From assembly GCA_003224145.1 (NCBI GenBank), contig QHYN01000203.1:11201-75200 (forward strand): a stretch of DNA of 64,000 nucleotides, in the 5' to 3' direction. Below are positions 27,649-37,038 of the stretch, in pieces. Origin of the DNA: Acidobacteriota bacterium. GTDB taxonomy: Bacteria > Acidobacteriota > Terriglobia > Acidiferrales > UBA7541. Position 1 is the first letter of the stretch, and each line of letters starts with the position of its first letter. The notes under the pieces are model-generated. The model was not told the origin of the DNA, did not search any database, and saw only the letters and a list, made by a program, of their open reading frames with translations. The position numbers were made by a program, and so were the translations under genes.

Positions 27649-29292
27649 ATGGCCACCACCGACCAACACACGAATGTGATTGCCGGCGCGGCATCGGCTG
27701 CCGAAGAGCAGCAAGAACGCGAGTTCGCGCGCAAACTTGCCGAGCGGTATCGATACGCCTTTATCGACCTGCGCGAACAGCGCATCGATCCTGAATTGTT
27801 TCGCACCATACCTGCGGACTTGATGTTCCGCTACAACTTCGTCCCGTTGGAAACGCACAACAACATTTTGGCAATTGCCGCGGCTGATCCCGGCCAGGTC
27901 CAGAGCAGCGATGAGCTGCCGCTCCTTCTCGGCAAGAAGCTTCTGATTCGCGTCGCGACTGCCCGTCAGATCGGTGATCTGCTGAAGCGCACCGAGCAAT
28001 CGCAGCGCGTCCTGGAACAGGCCACGGAAGCCTTCACTCTGCAGACCTCCAAGGAGGAAGAGGAAAGCGAAGAGACCATTTCCGGCGACCGCTTGACTCG
28101 CGACAGCACCGCCAGCCCGGTGGTGCGCCTCGTGGAAACCATCATCTTCACCGCGCTCGAGCGGCGCGCCAGCGACGTTCACATCGAAGCGCGCGATACC
28201 GAAGTGGCCGTCAAGTACCGCATCGATGGCGTCTTGCAGCATGCCATGCAGCCCATCGCCAAGGAATGGCATTCCATGGTGCTCTCACGCATCAAGGTTT
28301 TGAGCGACTTGGACATTGCCGAGCGCCGCGTCCCGCAAGACGGCCGCTTCCGTGTGCGCTACAAAGGGCGTTACATTGACTTGCGCGTTTCGATCATGCC
28401 CGCCAGCCACGGCGAAGACGCCGTTCTTCGCGTGCTCGATAAAGAAACCCTTTCGGAGAAGTTCCAAAACTTGAATTTGGATGTGGTCGGCTTCTCCCGC
28501 GAGGAGCTCCAACGTTTCCGCCGCTACATTCGGGAGCCTTATGGCATGGTTCTCGTGACCGGCCCCACGGGCTCCGGCAAGACAACTACGCTCTACGCGG
28601 CTATCAATGAAATTAAGAGCGATGATGACAAATTCGTCACCATCGAGGACCCGGTTGAATACCAGGTACGGGGCATCACCCAGATTCCCGTCAACGAGAA
28701 AAAAGGCTTAACCTTCGCCCGGGGATTGCGTTCCATCCTGCGTCACGACCCGGACAAGATCATGGTCGGCGAGATTCGCGACCAGGAGACCGCGCAAATT
28801 GCAATTCAGTCCGCCCTCACAGGCCATCTCGTCTTCACCACGGTTCACGCCAACAACGTAACGGACGTGATCGGCCGCTTCATCAATATGGGTGTCGAGC
28901 CTTATAACTTTGTCTCCGCGCTGAACTGCATCATGGCGCAACGGCTTGTCCGCGTGATCTGCCCGAATTGCAAGCGCCCCAAGAAGTTTTCTTTGGAGGA
29001 GTTGAAAGACGTAGGTCTCGATCCCGGCGTGTGGTCCAGTGTCGTCCTGGTCGAGGGCGTCGGATGTCTGGAATGCTCGGGGACCGGGTATCACGGCCGA
29101 ACGGCGATCTGCGAATTGCTGGACTTGACGGACCGTATCCGGGAAATGATCATTGACCGTAGGCCGACTTCGGAGATCAAACGCGTTGCGCGTGAAGAAG
29201 GAATGATCACTTTGCGGGAAAGCGGATTGGCGAAAGTGCGCGCCGGCACTACGACCATTAAAGAAATCAACAAGGTGACTTTCGTTGAGTAG
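27649..29292 (+). CDS. Second GspE/PilB-family assembly ATPase (no MshEN motif)
   Basis: PQDGRF, GPTGSGKT, LRHDPDKIMVGEIRD; CxxC pairs CPNC and CLEC. Confidence 0.92.
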   Translation: MATTDQHTNVIAGAASAAEEQQEREFARKLAERYRYAFIDLREQRIDPELFRTIPADLMFRYNFVPLETHNNILAIAAADPGQVQSSDELPLLLGKKLLIRVATARQIGDLLKRTEQSQRVLEQATEAFTLQTSKEEEESEETISGDRLTRDSTASPVVRLVETIIFTALERRASDVHIEARDTEVAVKYRIDGVLQHAMQPIAKEWHSMVLSRIKVLSDLDIAERRVPQDGRFRVRYKGRYIDLRVSIMPASHGEDAVLRVLDKETLSEKFQNLNLDVVGFSREELQRFRRYIREPYGMVLVTGPTGSGKTTTLYAAINEIKSDDDKFVTIEDPVEYQVRGITQIPVNEKKGLTFARGLRSILRHDPDKIMVGEIRDQETAQIAIQSALTGHLVFTTVHANNVTDVIGRFINMGVEPYNFVSALNCIMAQRLVRVICPNCKRPKKFSLEELKDVGLDPGVWSSVVLVEGVGCLECSGTGYHGRTAICELLDLTDRIREMIIDRRPTSEIKRVAREEGMITLRESGLAKVRAGTTTIKEINKVTFVE

Positions 29293-30262
29293 CGCCGCGA
29301 CATTTCAACAGGGCATTTACCGCAATAGTCTCGTCCGGCGTGTGGCGCGCTGGCTCGATGCCATCCCGCATCCGCCGGTAGCCATTGAGATCGCCTCGGA
29401 TCGTCTCGCCGTGGCGCGCTGGAGCCGCGCGGGGTCCCTCGATGAATTCGCCATCGAATTGTTGCCGCCCGGAGCGATTGTTCCCTCTGCGGTCGAGACC
29501 AATCTGTTAAATTCGTTTGCTGTCAAGTCCTCAATAACCAAGGCCTGCGAGAGGGTTCGCACGCGGGATGAAGATGTTGCCCTGATCCTCCCCGATCCCG
29601 TTATTCGCGTCTTTGTCCAGCACTTCGAGGAATTTCCACGCTCCTCGGAAGAAGCAATTCCCTTATTGCGCTGGAAGCTGAAGAAGAGCGTGCCCTTCGA
29701 GGCCGACGAAACGATCATTTCCTACATGCGCCAGGCGCCGCGCGAAACGGGCGTGGACATCGTCACCGCGCTTGGCCGGCTTCGCATTATCCGTGAGTAC
29801 GAAGCGCTCGCCGAGGGAGTTGGGCTTTACCCCGGCGTCGTGCTCAGCTCTTCTCTCGCTGCCATTTCGCTGCTCGACGACGATAGGCCCGCGTTGCTTG
29901 CGCGGGTTTCGGGCTCCGCCCTAACCACGGCGATTGTGCGCTCCGGCGTGCTCTGCGGCTATCGTTGTACCGAACTTCCCGCGGCCGGCGCGGGTCTCAC
30001 TCCGGAAATGCTGCTTGAGGAGATTTTCCCCGTCATCGCCTACTACCAGGACACCTGGCACCAGGGCATTGCCTCGGTCCGGATTGCGGGCCTCGGTACG
30101 CGCCTCGCCGAATTTGCCCGTCCCTTGGAGCAGGAATTTCATTGCCAGGTGCGCTCCTTATTGCAGTCCGCGCTTTCGGAAGGGCGCATCAAGGATGATG
30201 TACGCCAGCTCGCCGATCGTGACCTGGAAGGCCTGGTTGGCTGGATGTTGCACGGCGGCTAA
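29285..30262 (+). CDS. PilM-like cytoplasmic alignment protein
   Basis: VAIEIASDRL and RWKLKKSVPFEA motifs; operon position after the ATPase and before PilN/PilO-like genes. Confidence 0.65.
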   Translation: MSSAATFQQGIYRNSLVRRVARWLDAIPHPPVAIEIASDRLAVARWSRAGSLDEFAIELLPPGAIVPSAVETNLLNSFAVKSSITKACERVRTRDEDVALILPDPVIRVFVQHFEEFPRSSEEAIPLLRWKLKKSVPFEADETIISYMRQAPRETGVDIVTALGRLRIIREYEALAEGVGLYPGVVLSSSLAAISLLDDDRPALLARVSGSALTTAIVRSGVLCGYRCTELPAAGAGLTPEMLLEEIFPVIAYYQDTWHQGIASVRIAGLGTRLAEFARPLEQEFHCQVRSLLQSALSEGRIKDDVRQLADRDLEGLVGWMLHGG

Positions 30263-30295
30263 GAAGAATTTTCAGAGTTCGGGAAACAAGTCGAA

Positions 30296-30868
30296 ATGCG
30301 AGTTCGACTCAACTTAGCAACCAAGCCGACGGAAACGCACCGCCGCTTCCTTGCCGGTGCTGGCGTCTCCATTTTCGCTGCAGCCGTCGTTTTTCTTGGG
30401 CTGGGGTGGCACGCCTACTCCGTCCGCAATGCAGCCGCTGAAGTTCGCGCCCGCACGGACAAAATGGACCAGGAGTTTGCCAAGTACGAAGCGCAGCGCC
30501 AGGAACTCGAGCGCTATTTCAGCCAGAAAGACATCGCCAGCCTCCATGACCGCGCCACTTTCATCAACGGCATCATCGATGCACGCAGCTTCAACTGGAC
30601 GCAGATGTTCATGGACCTTGAGCACACTTTGCCGCCCGGTGTTCGTGTCATCCGGATTGAACCCAAGCAGGTTGGCGGGCATGTCGAAGTCAAATTGGCC
30701 GTTGGCGCGACAAACGATGAAGCCAAGCTGAATTTCTTGCATATCCTCGCAACTTCAAAGCACTTCTCCGACGTCCAGGAACAGAGTGATGTCTCTCCCA
30801 GCACGGCCAACAATGTCGGCGGCGATCAGAGGATTGTTCAATTGACGACTACTTATTCGGGGACTTGA
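30296..30868 (+). CDS. PilN-like protein
   Basis: Begins with the MRVRLNLA (N-L/P) motif; single TM helix, coiled coil, then LPPGVRV; operon position. Confidence 0.7.
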   Translation: MRVRLNLATKPTETHRRFLAGAGVSIFAAAVVFLGLGWHAYSVRNAAAEVRARTDKMDQEFAKYEAQRQELERYFSQKDIASLHDRATFINGIIDARSFNWTQMFMDLEHTLPPGVRVIRIEPKQVGGHVEVKLAVGATNDEAKLNFLHILATSKHFSDVQEQSDVSPSTANNVGGDQRIVQLTTTYSGT

Positions 30869-31428
30869 TGCGACGTGACTTCACAACCCGCAGGCGGACC
30901 ATTCTCGGATGCTTGGTCGTTCTCCTGCTCGCCGATCTGGTTCTTGCCGGCTACAGTTGGCAGCTCGCGTCTTCTCCGCAGATGCCTCGGGAGCAATCCG
31001 CCAGGCAGGCCTTGCAGCTTAAGTTGCTGCAAAAAAATATAGAAGAAGTGCAAAAGATCAAAGCGGACATGCCCACGACCCAAAAAGAATGCGAGAAGTT
31101 TGAACAATCGCTGCTTTCCTCGAGCAACGGGTACTTTTCCCTTTCTTCCGAGCTCGGCGCAATTGCGAAAAAAGGCGGTGTTCAGCTCGAGGCCCTTTCG
31201 TTCAAGCCCACCGCCATTCCGGAACGTGGGATGACGGAGATGGTGATCGAGTCCACCATCAAGGGGGATTACCGGAGCGTGATTGAATTCTTGAACGGCC
31301 TGCAACGCTCTGCCAATATTTACGAAGTCGAGTCTCTGACCCTGGCCACCGAAAAATCGAACCAAGGGACGACGAATCTCATAAAGCTGGAACTGCATCT
31401 GAAGACGTATTTTCGGACAACGGCGTGA
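30865..31428 (+). CDS. PilO-like protein
   Basis: Single TM helix plus coiled coil; GDYRSVIEFLNGLQ...YEVESLTL motif. Confidence 0.7.
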   Translation: MMRRDFTTRRRTILGCLVVLLLADLVLAGYSWQLASSPQMPREQSARQALQLKLLQKNIEEVQKIKADMPTTQKECEKFEQSLLSSSNGYFSLSSELGAIAKKGGVQLEALSFKPTAIPERGMTEMVIESTIKGDYRSVIEFLNGLQRSANIYEVESLTLATEKSNQGTTNLIKLELHLKTYFRTTA

Positions 31429-32006
31429 AGCAGAAACGCCAACTCGCTGGGCTCATCGCGCTCTTGATCATTGCCGCCGGCGTGTGGGGGTGGTATCTCC
31501 GGAGAAACCAGCTAGTCGCGCCTACGGAAACGGGTTCCCTTGCCCAAAATTATCACTTGCTCGCCGTGGAAAACCCCCACATCCGAATAGAGGAAATCGA
31601 AAAAGCTCGCAAAACCGAATACAAGAGCACGGGAAGAAATATCTTCAGCGCGGTGGCCTTGCCAACTCAGGTTTCGCAATCGCGCTCTGCTGACCCGCCC
31701 AAGATCGTTGTGAATACTCCTTGCGGCGTTTACGGACCTTGCCCGGAGCCGCCACCGCCGCCGCTGACGCTTCCGGCGAACATGAAATTCTTCGGTTACG
31801 GCACAGGTCCTAACGGCGCCTCCCGCCGCGCCTTCTTCCACGACACCAACGGCGACGATGTGTATATTGTGAACGAGGGGCAAATTTTTTTGAATCGCTT
31901 CCGCATCCTCAAAATCGGCAACGCGAGCCTCGAATTCGAAGAAATTTCCTCAGGGCGCAAGGGCACCGCTCCTCTTGAGGAACAAACTACGGGTCCATCG
32001 GCATGA
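31425..32006 (+). CDS. PilP/GspC-like hypothetical protein
   Basis: N-terminal TM helix, RNIF motif, Pro-rich linker, beta-rich C-domain (VYIVNEGQIFLNRFRILKI). Confidence 0.5.
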   Translation: MKQKRQLAGLIALLIIAAGVWGWYLRRNQLVAPTETGSLAQNYHLLAVENPHIRIEEIEKARKTEYKSTGRNIFSAVALPTQVSQSRSADPPKIVVNTPCGVYGPCPEPPPPPLTLPANMKFFGYGTGPNGASRRAFFHDTNGDDVYIVNEGQIFLNRFRILKIGNASLEFEEISSGRKGTAPLEEQTTGPSA

Positions 32007-33001
32007 TCGCTAAACGCAAACACAAAAAGAGGTTGGGGAAACCTGGTGAGCGCGGCTATGTGTTGCTTTTGGTTGTTTTCATGGCCACTGCTCTGCTCGT
32101 CCTGGCGATGATGATTGCTCCCAACATTCTGACCGAAGGCAAGCGCGAAAAAGAAAAAGAGATGATTTGGCGCGGCAAGCAGTACGCGCGCGGTGTAAAG
32201 CTGTACTACCGCAAAATGGGCCGTTTCCCCACGAATCTGGACGACCTCACCAAACCTAAAGTCGGCTCACTGCGTTTTCTGCGCCAGGCCTACAAGGATC
32301 CCATGAACGTGCAGGATGGTTCATGGAGACTCATTTATGTCGGACCGGCCGGGCAGCTCATTGGCAGCTTGAAACCTCAGCAGCCGAATCTTCAATTCGG
32401 GCAACCAGCCGGAATCGGCACCCCCGTGGGCGCGATGAATGCACCCGGCACCCCGGCGCAACCCGGCGCTTTTGGCCAATCCAATGTTTTCGGCCAGTCC
32501 GGCGCATTCGGTCAAATGGGACAGGCCGGAGGAGCGCCGGCTGGTGGAGCGGCTTTGGGCACGAATCAAGCAAATCCTGCGAATCCAGGAAACGCTGCCA
32601 ACCCTGCGGGCGTGACGGGAATTCCTGTTTCTGCCGATCAGAGCACGGATATCAATGGTCAACCGATTCCGATGGGCGACACTCCTATCATCATGGGTGG
32701 AAACATCATTGGAGTCGGCAGCAAGATCAACCAAAAGTCCGTCATCGTTTATGAGAAAGCAAAAAACTATCGCCTGTTCGAATTTATCTGGGATCCTTCG
32801 AAGGACACATTCGGTATGGGCCAACCCGGCATGCAGACCGGAACGGGGCTGGGGCAACCTCTCGGCCAGCCGCCGGGACAGAATCCGTTCGGTCAGCAGC
32901 CTGCTCAGAATCCGTTCGGCCAGCAGCCCACGCAGAATCCGCAGCAGCAACCTCAAAATCCGCAGCAGCCGCAGCCGCAAAATCCACCGCAACAACAGTA
33001 G
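32003..33001 (+). CDS. GspK/PilX-like minor pilin with Gln/Pro/Gly-rich low-complexity regions
   Basis: RG|YVLLLVV prepilin-like site without Glu5; RFPTNLDDL, LRQAYKDPM; tail of QNPFGQQP-type repeats. Confidence 0.6.
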   Translation: MIAKRKHKKRLGKPGERGYVLLLVVFMATALLVLAMMIAPNILTEGKREKEKEMIWRGKQYARGVKLYYRKMGRFPTNLDDLTKPKVGSLRFLRQAYKDPMNVQDGSWRLIYVGPAGQLIGSLKPQQPNLQFGQPAGIGTPVGAMNAPGTPAQPGAFGQSNVFGQSGAFGQMGQAGGAPAGGAALGTNQANPANPGNAANPAGVTGIPVSADQSTDINGQPIPMGDTPIIMGGNIIGVGSKINQKSVIVYEKAKNYRLFEFIWDPSKDTFGMGQPGMQTGTGLGQPLGQPPGQNPFGQQPAQNPFGQQPTQNPQQQPQNPQQPQPQNPPQQQ

Positions 33002-33068
33002 GCTGCATGTCAGGCTGCATGTCGTGCGGTGTTTCGAAGTTCAGCGCCGGTGCCTCGTGAATCCCGGT

Positions 33069-33851
33069 TTATTGCGAGCCCAGCGTATGCGGAGCCGAAG
33101 ATGGCGATCCCACTGCCGGAGGTGCGGGCGTCGCCGCGCCAGGCGAATTTCGCGTGGCCGCGGCAGGGGAAGTCGCCGATTTGGCTGCGCCGGAGGGAGT
33201 CACCGGTTTGGCTGCGGCGTTGGTCTTACTTTTCTCGTAGGTGCGCTTGACGCGCCGCACGTACGAGATCGTTTCGGCGAAGGGCGGCACGCGCCCGTAT
33301 TGCTGCACGCGATCAGGTCCCGCGTTATAGGCGGCCAACGTCAGCGCCAAGTCGTTGTTGTACTTCTGAAGAAGGTCGCGCAAATAGCGAGTCCCGGCAT
33401 CGATGTTCTCTTTTGGATCGAAAACGTCTTTCACTCCCAAGCGGGCCGCGGTTTCCGGCAGCAACTGCATTAAGCCGCGCGCATTTTTGTGGGAAACGGC
33501 TTTCGGGTCAAAGTTAGACTCCACGGCAATTACACTGGTGATGAGCTCGGCATCCACGCCGTAGCGCGAAGCAGCTGCTGACACCAGTTCGCGGTAGGGC
33601 GGCTGGTCGGCCTGCGCCGCTGGCGGTGCGGGAATCGGAGTGAAGACTTCTTCCGGCTCGATGGCCACTACGTCTTGCGCAGCGACTTCCACCCAGCCGC
33701 CGGCCATTTGCAGACGATACTTGTCACCTACAAGTTGATAGCCCGTCACGTGCAGGCGCAGGCCGGTTCGGAGCGCTATATACTCGGCCCGGAGGTTCGA
33801 CACCGCCAGCAGAAGGAGGGGCGCCAAAAGCGCAATGTGCTTCAGGCGCAC
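33069..33851 (-). CDS. Lytic transglycosylase (SLT domain)
   Basis: IAVESNF, ARGLMQLLPET, ALTLAAYNAG and ETISYV motifs; signal peptide from GTG 33851; Pro/Ala-rich tail. Confidence 0.9.
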   Translation of the reverse strand: MRLKHIALLAPLLLLAVSNLRAEYIALRTGLRLHVTGYQLVGDKYRLQMAGGWVEVAAQDVVAIEPEEVFTPIPAPPAAQADQPPYRELVSAAASRYGVDAELITSVIAVESNFDPKAVSHKNARGLMQLLPETAARLGVKDVFDPKENIDAGTRYLRDLLQKYNNDLALTLAAYNAGPDRVQQYGRVPPFAETISYVRRVKRTYEKSKTNAAAKPVTPSGAAKSATSPAAATRNSPGAATPAPPAVGSPSSAPHTLGSQ

Positions 33852-34693
33852 GGCGCGGCCTCCCGCAGCGCAAATTGTTCGATCGCGTGCGCTACGCCGT
33901 TTTCGTCGTTGCTGGCGGTCTCGTGCCAGCCAAACGTTTTCAATTCCGCCACGCCGTTGCCCATCACCACGGGAATGCCCGCGAAGGTGAGCATTTCCAA
34001 GTCGTTGTGGTTGTCGCCAATAGCCATGATTTCTTCGCGCGCGAACCCGCGTAGCGTGGCCCATTCCGCCAGCGACGCTCCCTTCGAGCAGATGGGATTG
34101 AGCACATCCATCATCGCGAAGTCCCGCTGCTCGTAACAGGTCACTGCGAGCGCGAACTCGCCGGCGAAGGGCGCTGCGCGAAGCGCTTTCTCCGCGTCCC
34201 GCATCGGCGCGACCTTCCCCGAAAGCATCACCTGGATGGGGTCTTCGGTCAAGCAGGTTTCTAACGGATTCGCCAGGCCGATGAATTCTTTGTTGCGCGA
34301 ATAATAGGCGTAACGAAGGGAATCGTCCGGGTCGAGCGTTTCCAGCATCAACTGGTTTTCCAACGGACGGTCGAAGATGACCGCCGCGCCTTCGCGCCAG
34401 GGCTTGGTCAGGTTGAGAACGCGTTCCGCGGTACGCAGCGGCAGTAGATGGCGAAGATGCGTGCGGCCATCGTTCGAGCGGATCAACGCGCCGTTGTTGA
34501 CGATCATGGTGAGCGGGGCATGGAGCTGGCGCGCTACGGGCATGGCGAAATCGTAGCGCCGCCCGGTGACCAGGGCCACTTCGATGCCTCGCCGCTCGGC
34601 CTCCGCGATCGCCGCGCGGTTGGCTTCTGAAACCTGCCAGCGGCTGTCCAGCAGCGTGCCGTCAATATCCAGCGCAATGAGTCGCACCGCCAT
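33842..34693 (-). CDS. Cof-type HAD hydrolase
   Basis: DIDGTLL, VTGR, SKG and AIGDNHND motifs. Canonical start ATG 34693; the frame is open upstream to GTG 35038. Confidence 0.9.
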   Translation of the reverse strand: MAVRLIALDIDGTLLDSRWQVSEANRAAIAEAERRGIEVALVTGRRYDFAMPVARQLHAPLTMIVNNGALIRSNDGRTHLRHLLPLRTAERVLNLTKPWREGAAVIFDRPLENQLMLETLDPDDSLRYAYYSRNKEFIGLANPLETCLTEDPIQVMLSGKVAPMRDAEKALRAAPFAGEFALAVTCYEQRDFAMMDVLNPICSKGASLAEWATLRGFAREEIMAIGDNHNDLEMLTFAGIPVVMGNGVAELKTFGWHETASNDENGVAHAIEQFALREAAPCA

Positions 34694-34857
34694 GCCTCTA
34701 TTGTAGCGGGAGAGAACGTTTGCACGTTGGAAAGTTTGCAGGTTGCACGTCTGTAAGAGCGGGAATGCGAAGAGTCGGTTCCAGAATGGGAAGCGGACTT
34801 CAAGTGATTCTTGAGGATTTTGGCAAGAAAGATCAAGTGACACCCGGCAGTTTTCGC

Positions 34858-34923
34858 AAGAGCGGATTCTAAAGGGGTTACGGGCGTCACAGTTTGTAAG
34901 AGCGGAATCTAAAGGACTTACGG
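34858..34923. repeat. Two 26-nt direct repeats with 40-nt period (plus a degenerate copy at ~34755)
   Basis: AAGAGCGGATTCTAAAGGGGTTACGG (34858) and AAGAGCGGAATCTAAAGGACTTACGG (34898); three mismatches. Confidence 0.75.
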
Positions 34924-35043
34924 TGACACGTTTTTCGTCACGGTGACGCGCAACGAGGAGGTAAGGAAGCAAAAAGGTAAGGATGTAAATAGAAGGATCG
35001 AAAAGCGAGGGGCGGGGGGAGAGGAGTCGAGAATTCACGACCT

Positions 35044-35072
35044 ATGATACCCTGAATTATTTGTTCTGTCAA
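35044..35072 (-). promoter_or_regulatory. Near-consensus sigma70 promoter facing the repeat tract and HAD gene
   Basis: Minus strand TTGACA-17 nt-TATCAT. Confidence 0.7.
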
Positions 35073-35520
35073 GTAAAAATAAAGTATTTCTGTTGAGCAA
35101 GTTGCGGAATCGTTCGAATTGGCGTGTAAGAAAAAGAAAACACAGGGGTAGAGTTTACAGGGGGCGGAGGGAAATGCAGGAGAGTGGAATGAATGGCGCT
35201 GGCGGGCGCAAGAGGAACAAGAAAAGGCAAAGTCAAAGGCCCCACACGTAAAACCGACATGTTGGGGCACCCAAATTCGTATCAAGATTTATCGTCCGGG
35301 CCACCCGCCGAGTGGCTGTTCGCTGGATGAGGATTTTACCCACAGCGTCAACGTTCTTCCGCCCGGAGCTGAGATGAGTGACCCTATAATGAGGGCTTAT
35401 CCGAACCGCGAACGTGGAAGTGCTTGCTTCTAGGCCGCCTTGTCCACGGCGATTTAGGTGGGTCGGCCAAGACAAGCGGTGGGCGCATTGCGGGGCGCAC
35501 GGAAAGGAAGAGAGCCGCCG

Positions 35521-35937
35521 ATGAAGATCCCAGAACAGCTGCATGCCTCCGCCGCCGAAGAAGCGAAAAAAAAAGAAGTTCGTCGGCAGCTTGACTTCGC
35601 ATATGCCTGCTTCGCCCTTCTCGGCCTGACCATGCTGGCCTTTGAGGCCGAAGCATTTGTCGACGCAAAGAACCAGGGAGCTTACGCAATGACCATTGGC
35701 CTGCTGCTTCTCCTGCCATCCATGCTCGCTTTTGTGCTCGCCATCTGCCTGACTGTGATGCGCCGGCGTTACCGGCCCATCGTCGTCTTTTGCCTTCTCA
35801 CCATGCTGCTTCTGGCCCTGGCGATTGGAAGCGTTGCCATGGCCTGGATCTACGGAGCCGTCTCCATGCTCGTACCTGCCTGGTGGTTCACCGTCGGCAG
35901 ATGGCGCAATGCGATCCCTCCCCGCTCGCTTGGGTGA
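35521..35937 (+). CDS. Unknown small polytopic membrane protein, paralogue A
   Basis: About four hydrophobic helices; motifs LDFAYACF and PAWWFTVGRWR shared with three neighbours. ATG at 35521. Confidence 0.75.
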   Translation: MKIPEQLHASAAEEAKKKEVRRQLDFAYACFALLGLTMLAFEAEAFVDAKNQGAYAMTIGLLLLLPSMLAFVLAICLTVMRRRYRPIVVFCLLTMLLLALAIGSVAMAWIYGAVSMLVPAWWFTVGRWRNAIPPRSLG

Positions 35938-35982
35938 TAAGCGACGGGAGTGGAATGATATAGAGAACATAAGGAGGCACTG

Positions 35983-36417
35983 ATGACGATCCCAGGACAG
36001 CCGCATGCCTCCCCCGCCGAAGAAGCGGAGAAAAAAGAAGTTCGTCGGCAGCTTGACTTCGCGTATGCCTGCCTCGCTTTTGTGGGCTTCACAATGTTGG
36101 CCTATGTGGCCGAACCATTCTTTGTTGACGCGAAGAGCCCAGGGGCAGAAGCAGGCTATAGCTTTGTTGTCGGCATAGGCCTTGTGCTTCCCTCGATGCT
36201 CGCACTTGTGCTCGCCATTTGCTTGACCGTGATGCGCCGGCGTCACCAGCCGATCGTAATCTTCTGCATGCTCAACGTGCTGCTTCTATCTCTGGCTCTA
36301 ATCTGGGAGAACAATTCCATGCGGTGGGTCTACGGAACTGTTTCAATGCTCGTACCTGCCTGGTGGTTCACCGTCGGCAGATGGCGTAACACGGACACGC
36401 CGCTCTTGCAGCCATGA
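35983..36417 (+). CDS. Unknown small polytopic membrane protein, paralogue B
   Basis: LDFAYACL and PAWWFTVGRWR; AAGGAGG ribosome-binding site; tandem duplicate of A. Confidence 0.78.
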   Translation: MTIPGQPHASPAEEAEKKEVRRQLDFAYACLAFVGFTMLAYVAEPFFVDAKSPGAEAGYSFVVGIGLVLPSMLALVLAICLTVMRRRHQPIVIFCMLNVLLLSLALIWENNSMRWVYGTVSMLVPAWWFTVGRWRNTDTPLLQP

Positions 36418-36522
36418 ATCTCCCTTCCTCCTTACTTTTCCTCACTTCTCGTTTCGATATTTCAACAGTTATCACACAGTGCCGCGCTCCCAGGCACCTG
36501 TCTTGGTATGACCACCTGAAGT

Positions 36523-37038
36523 TTATTCCTGAGCGAGCGCCTTGCTTCTGTAGCGCCGTCTGCCCATGGCAAACCACCACGCCGGTAATAGGATGTTGGC
36601 GGCTATATAGATTGCGGCTCCGATGGCCACTGCATTGTCGAGATAATGTGGAAGGTTAGGTGCGTCCGAGTGGGATATGTAAATCATGGCTCCGCCCACA
36701 CAAACTATCGAGACCACGGAAAGAACCACGAGCGCCGAGTGACGCCAGAACTTCACGGTCAGTACGATGCCGCACACCGAAGCAAAGAGCATTCCCACTA
36801 AAAGCAGAGGACCTAAAAGCATCGCCCCGACCAACGTCCACCCAAAGCCGTGCGAACCTTCATCAAAGTTCACCAGGCCAAACTGTGACAGTAAGGCGGC
36901 AATGCCGAAAGACATGGTCACCAAGCCGAGAAAGCCGAAGCAGCCATAGGCCCGGTCCAGCAGGGCGTCCTCGCTCTTTTCTGTGACTGCTTTTAGCACT
37001 GCTCTTAGCAGGGCGAAGATGGCTTCCAGCAAGTCCAT
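36523..37038 (-). CDS. Unknown small polytopic membrane protein, paralogue C
   Basis: LDRAYGCFGFLG and PAWWFAMGRRRYRSKA; its ATG directly follows the TAA of paralogue D. Confidence 0.78.
   Translation of the reverse strand: MDLLEAIFALLRAVLKAVTEKSEDALLDRAYGCFGFLGLVTMSFGIAALLSQFGLVNFDEGSHGFGWTLVGAMLLGPLLLVGMLFASVCGIVLTVKFWRHSALVVLSVVSIVCVGGAMIYISHSDAPNLPHYLDNAVAIGAAIYIAANILLPAWWFAMGRRRYRSKALAQE

Noticed and set aside
34750-34925. Possible mini CRISPR array (26-nt repeats with 40-nt period)
   Set aside because: Only two good copies, a 14-nt spacer that is too short, no palindromic repeat core and no cas genes in the window.
35566-35574. A9 tract in paralogue A as a phase-variation switch
   Set aside because: It is in frame, encodes KKK, and paralogue B has the near-equivalent EKK; no out-of-frame state is visible without read data.
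35233-36246. 337-aa minus-strand ORF with internal repetition
   Set aside because: Antisense shadow of membrane paralogues A and B; its repetition just mirrors their duplication.
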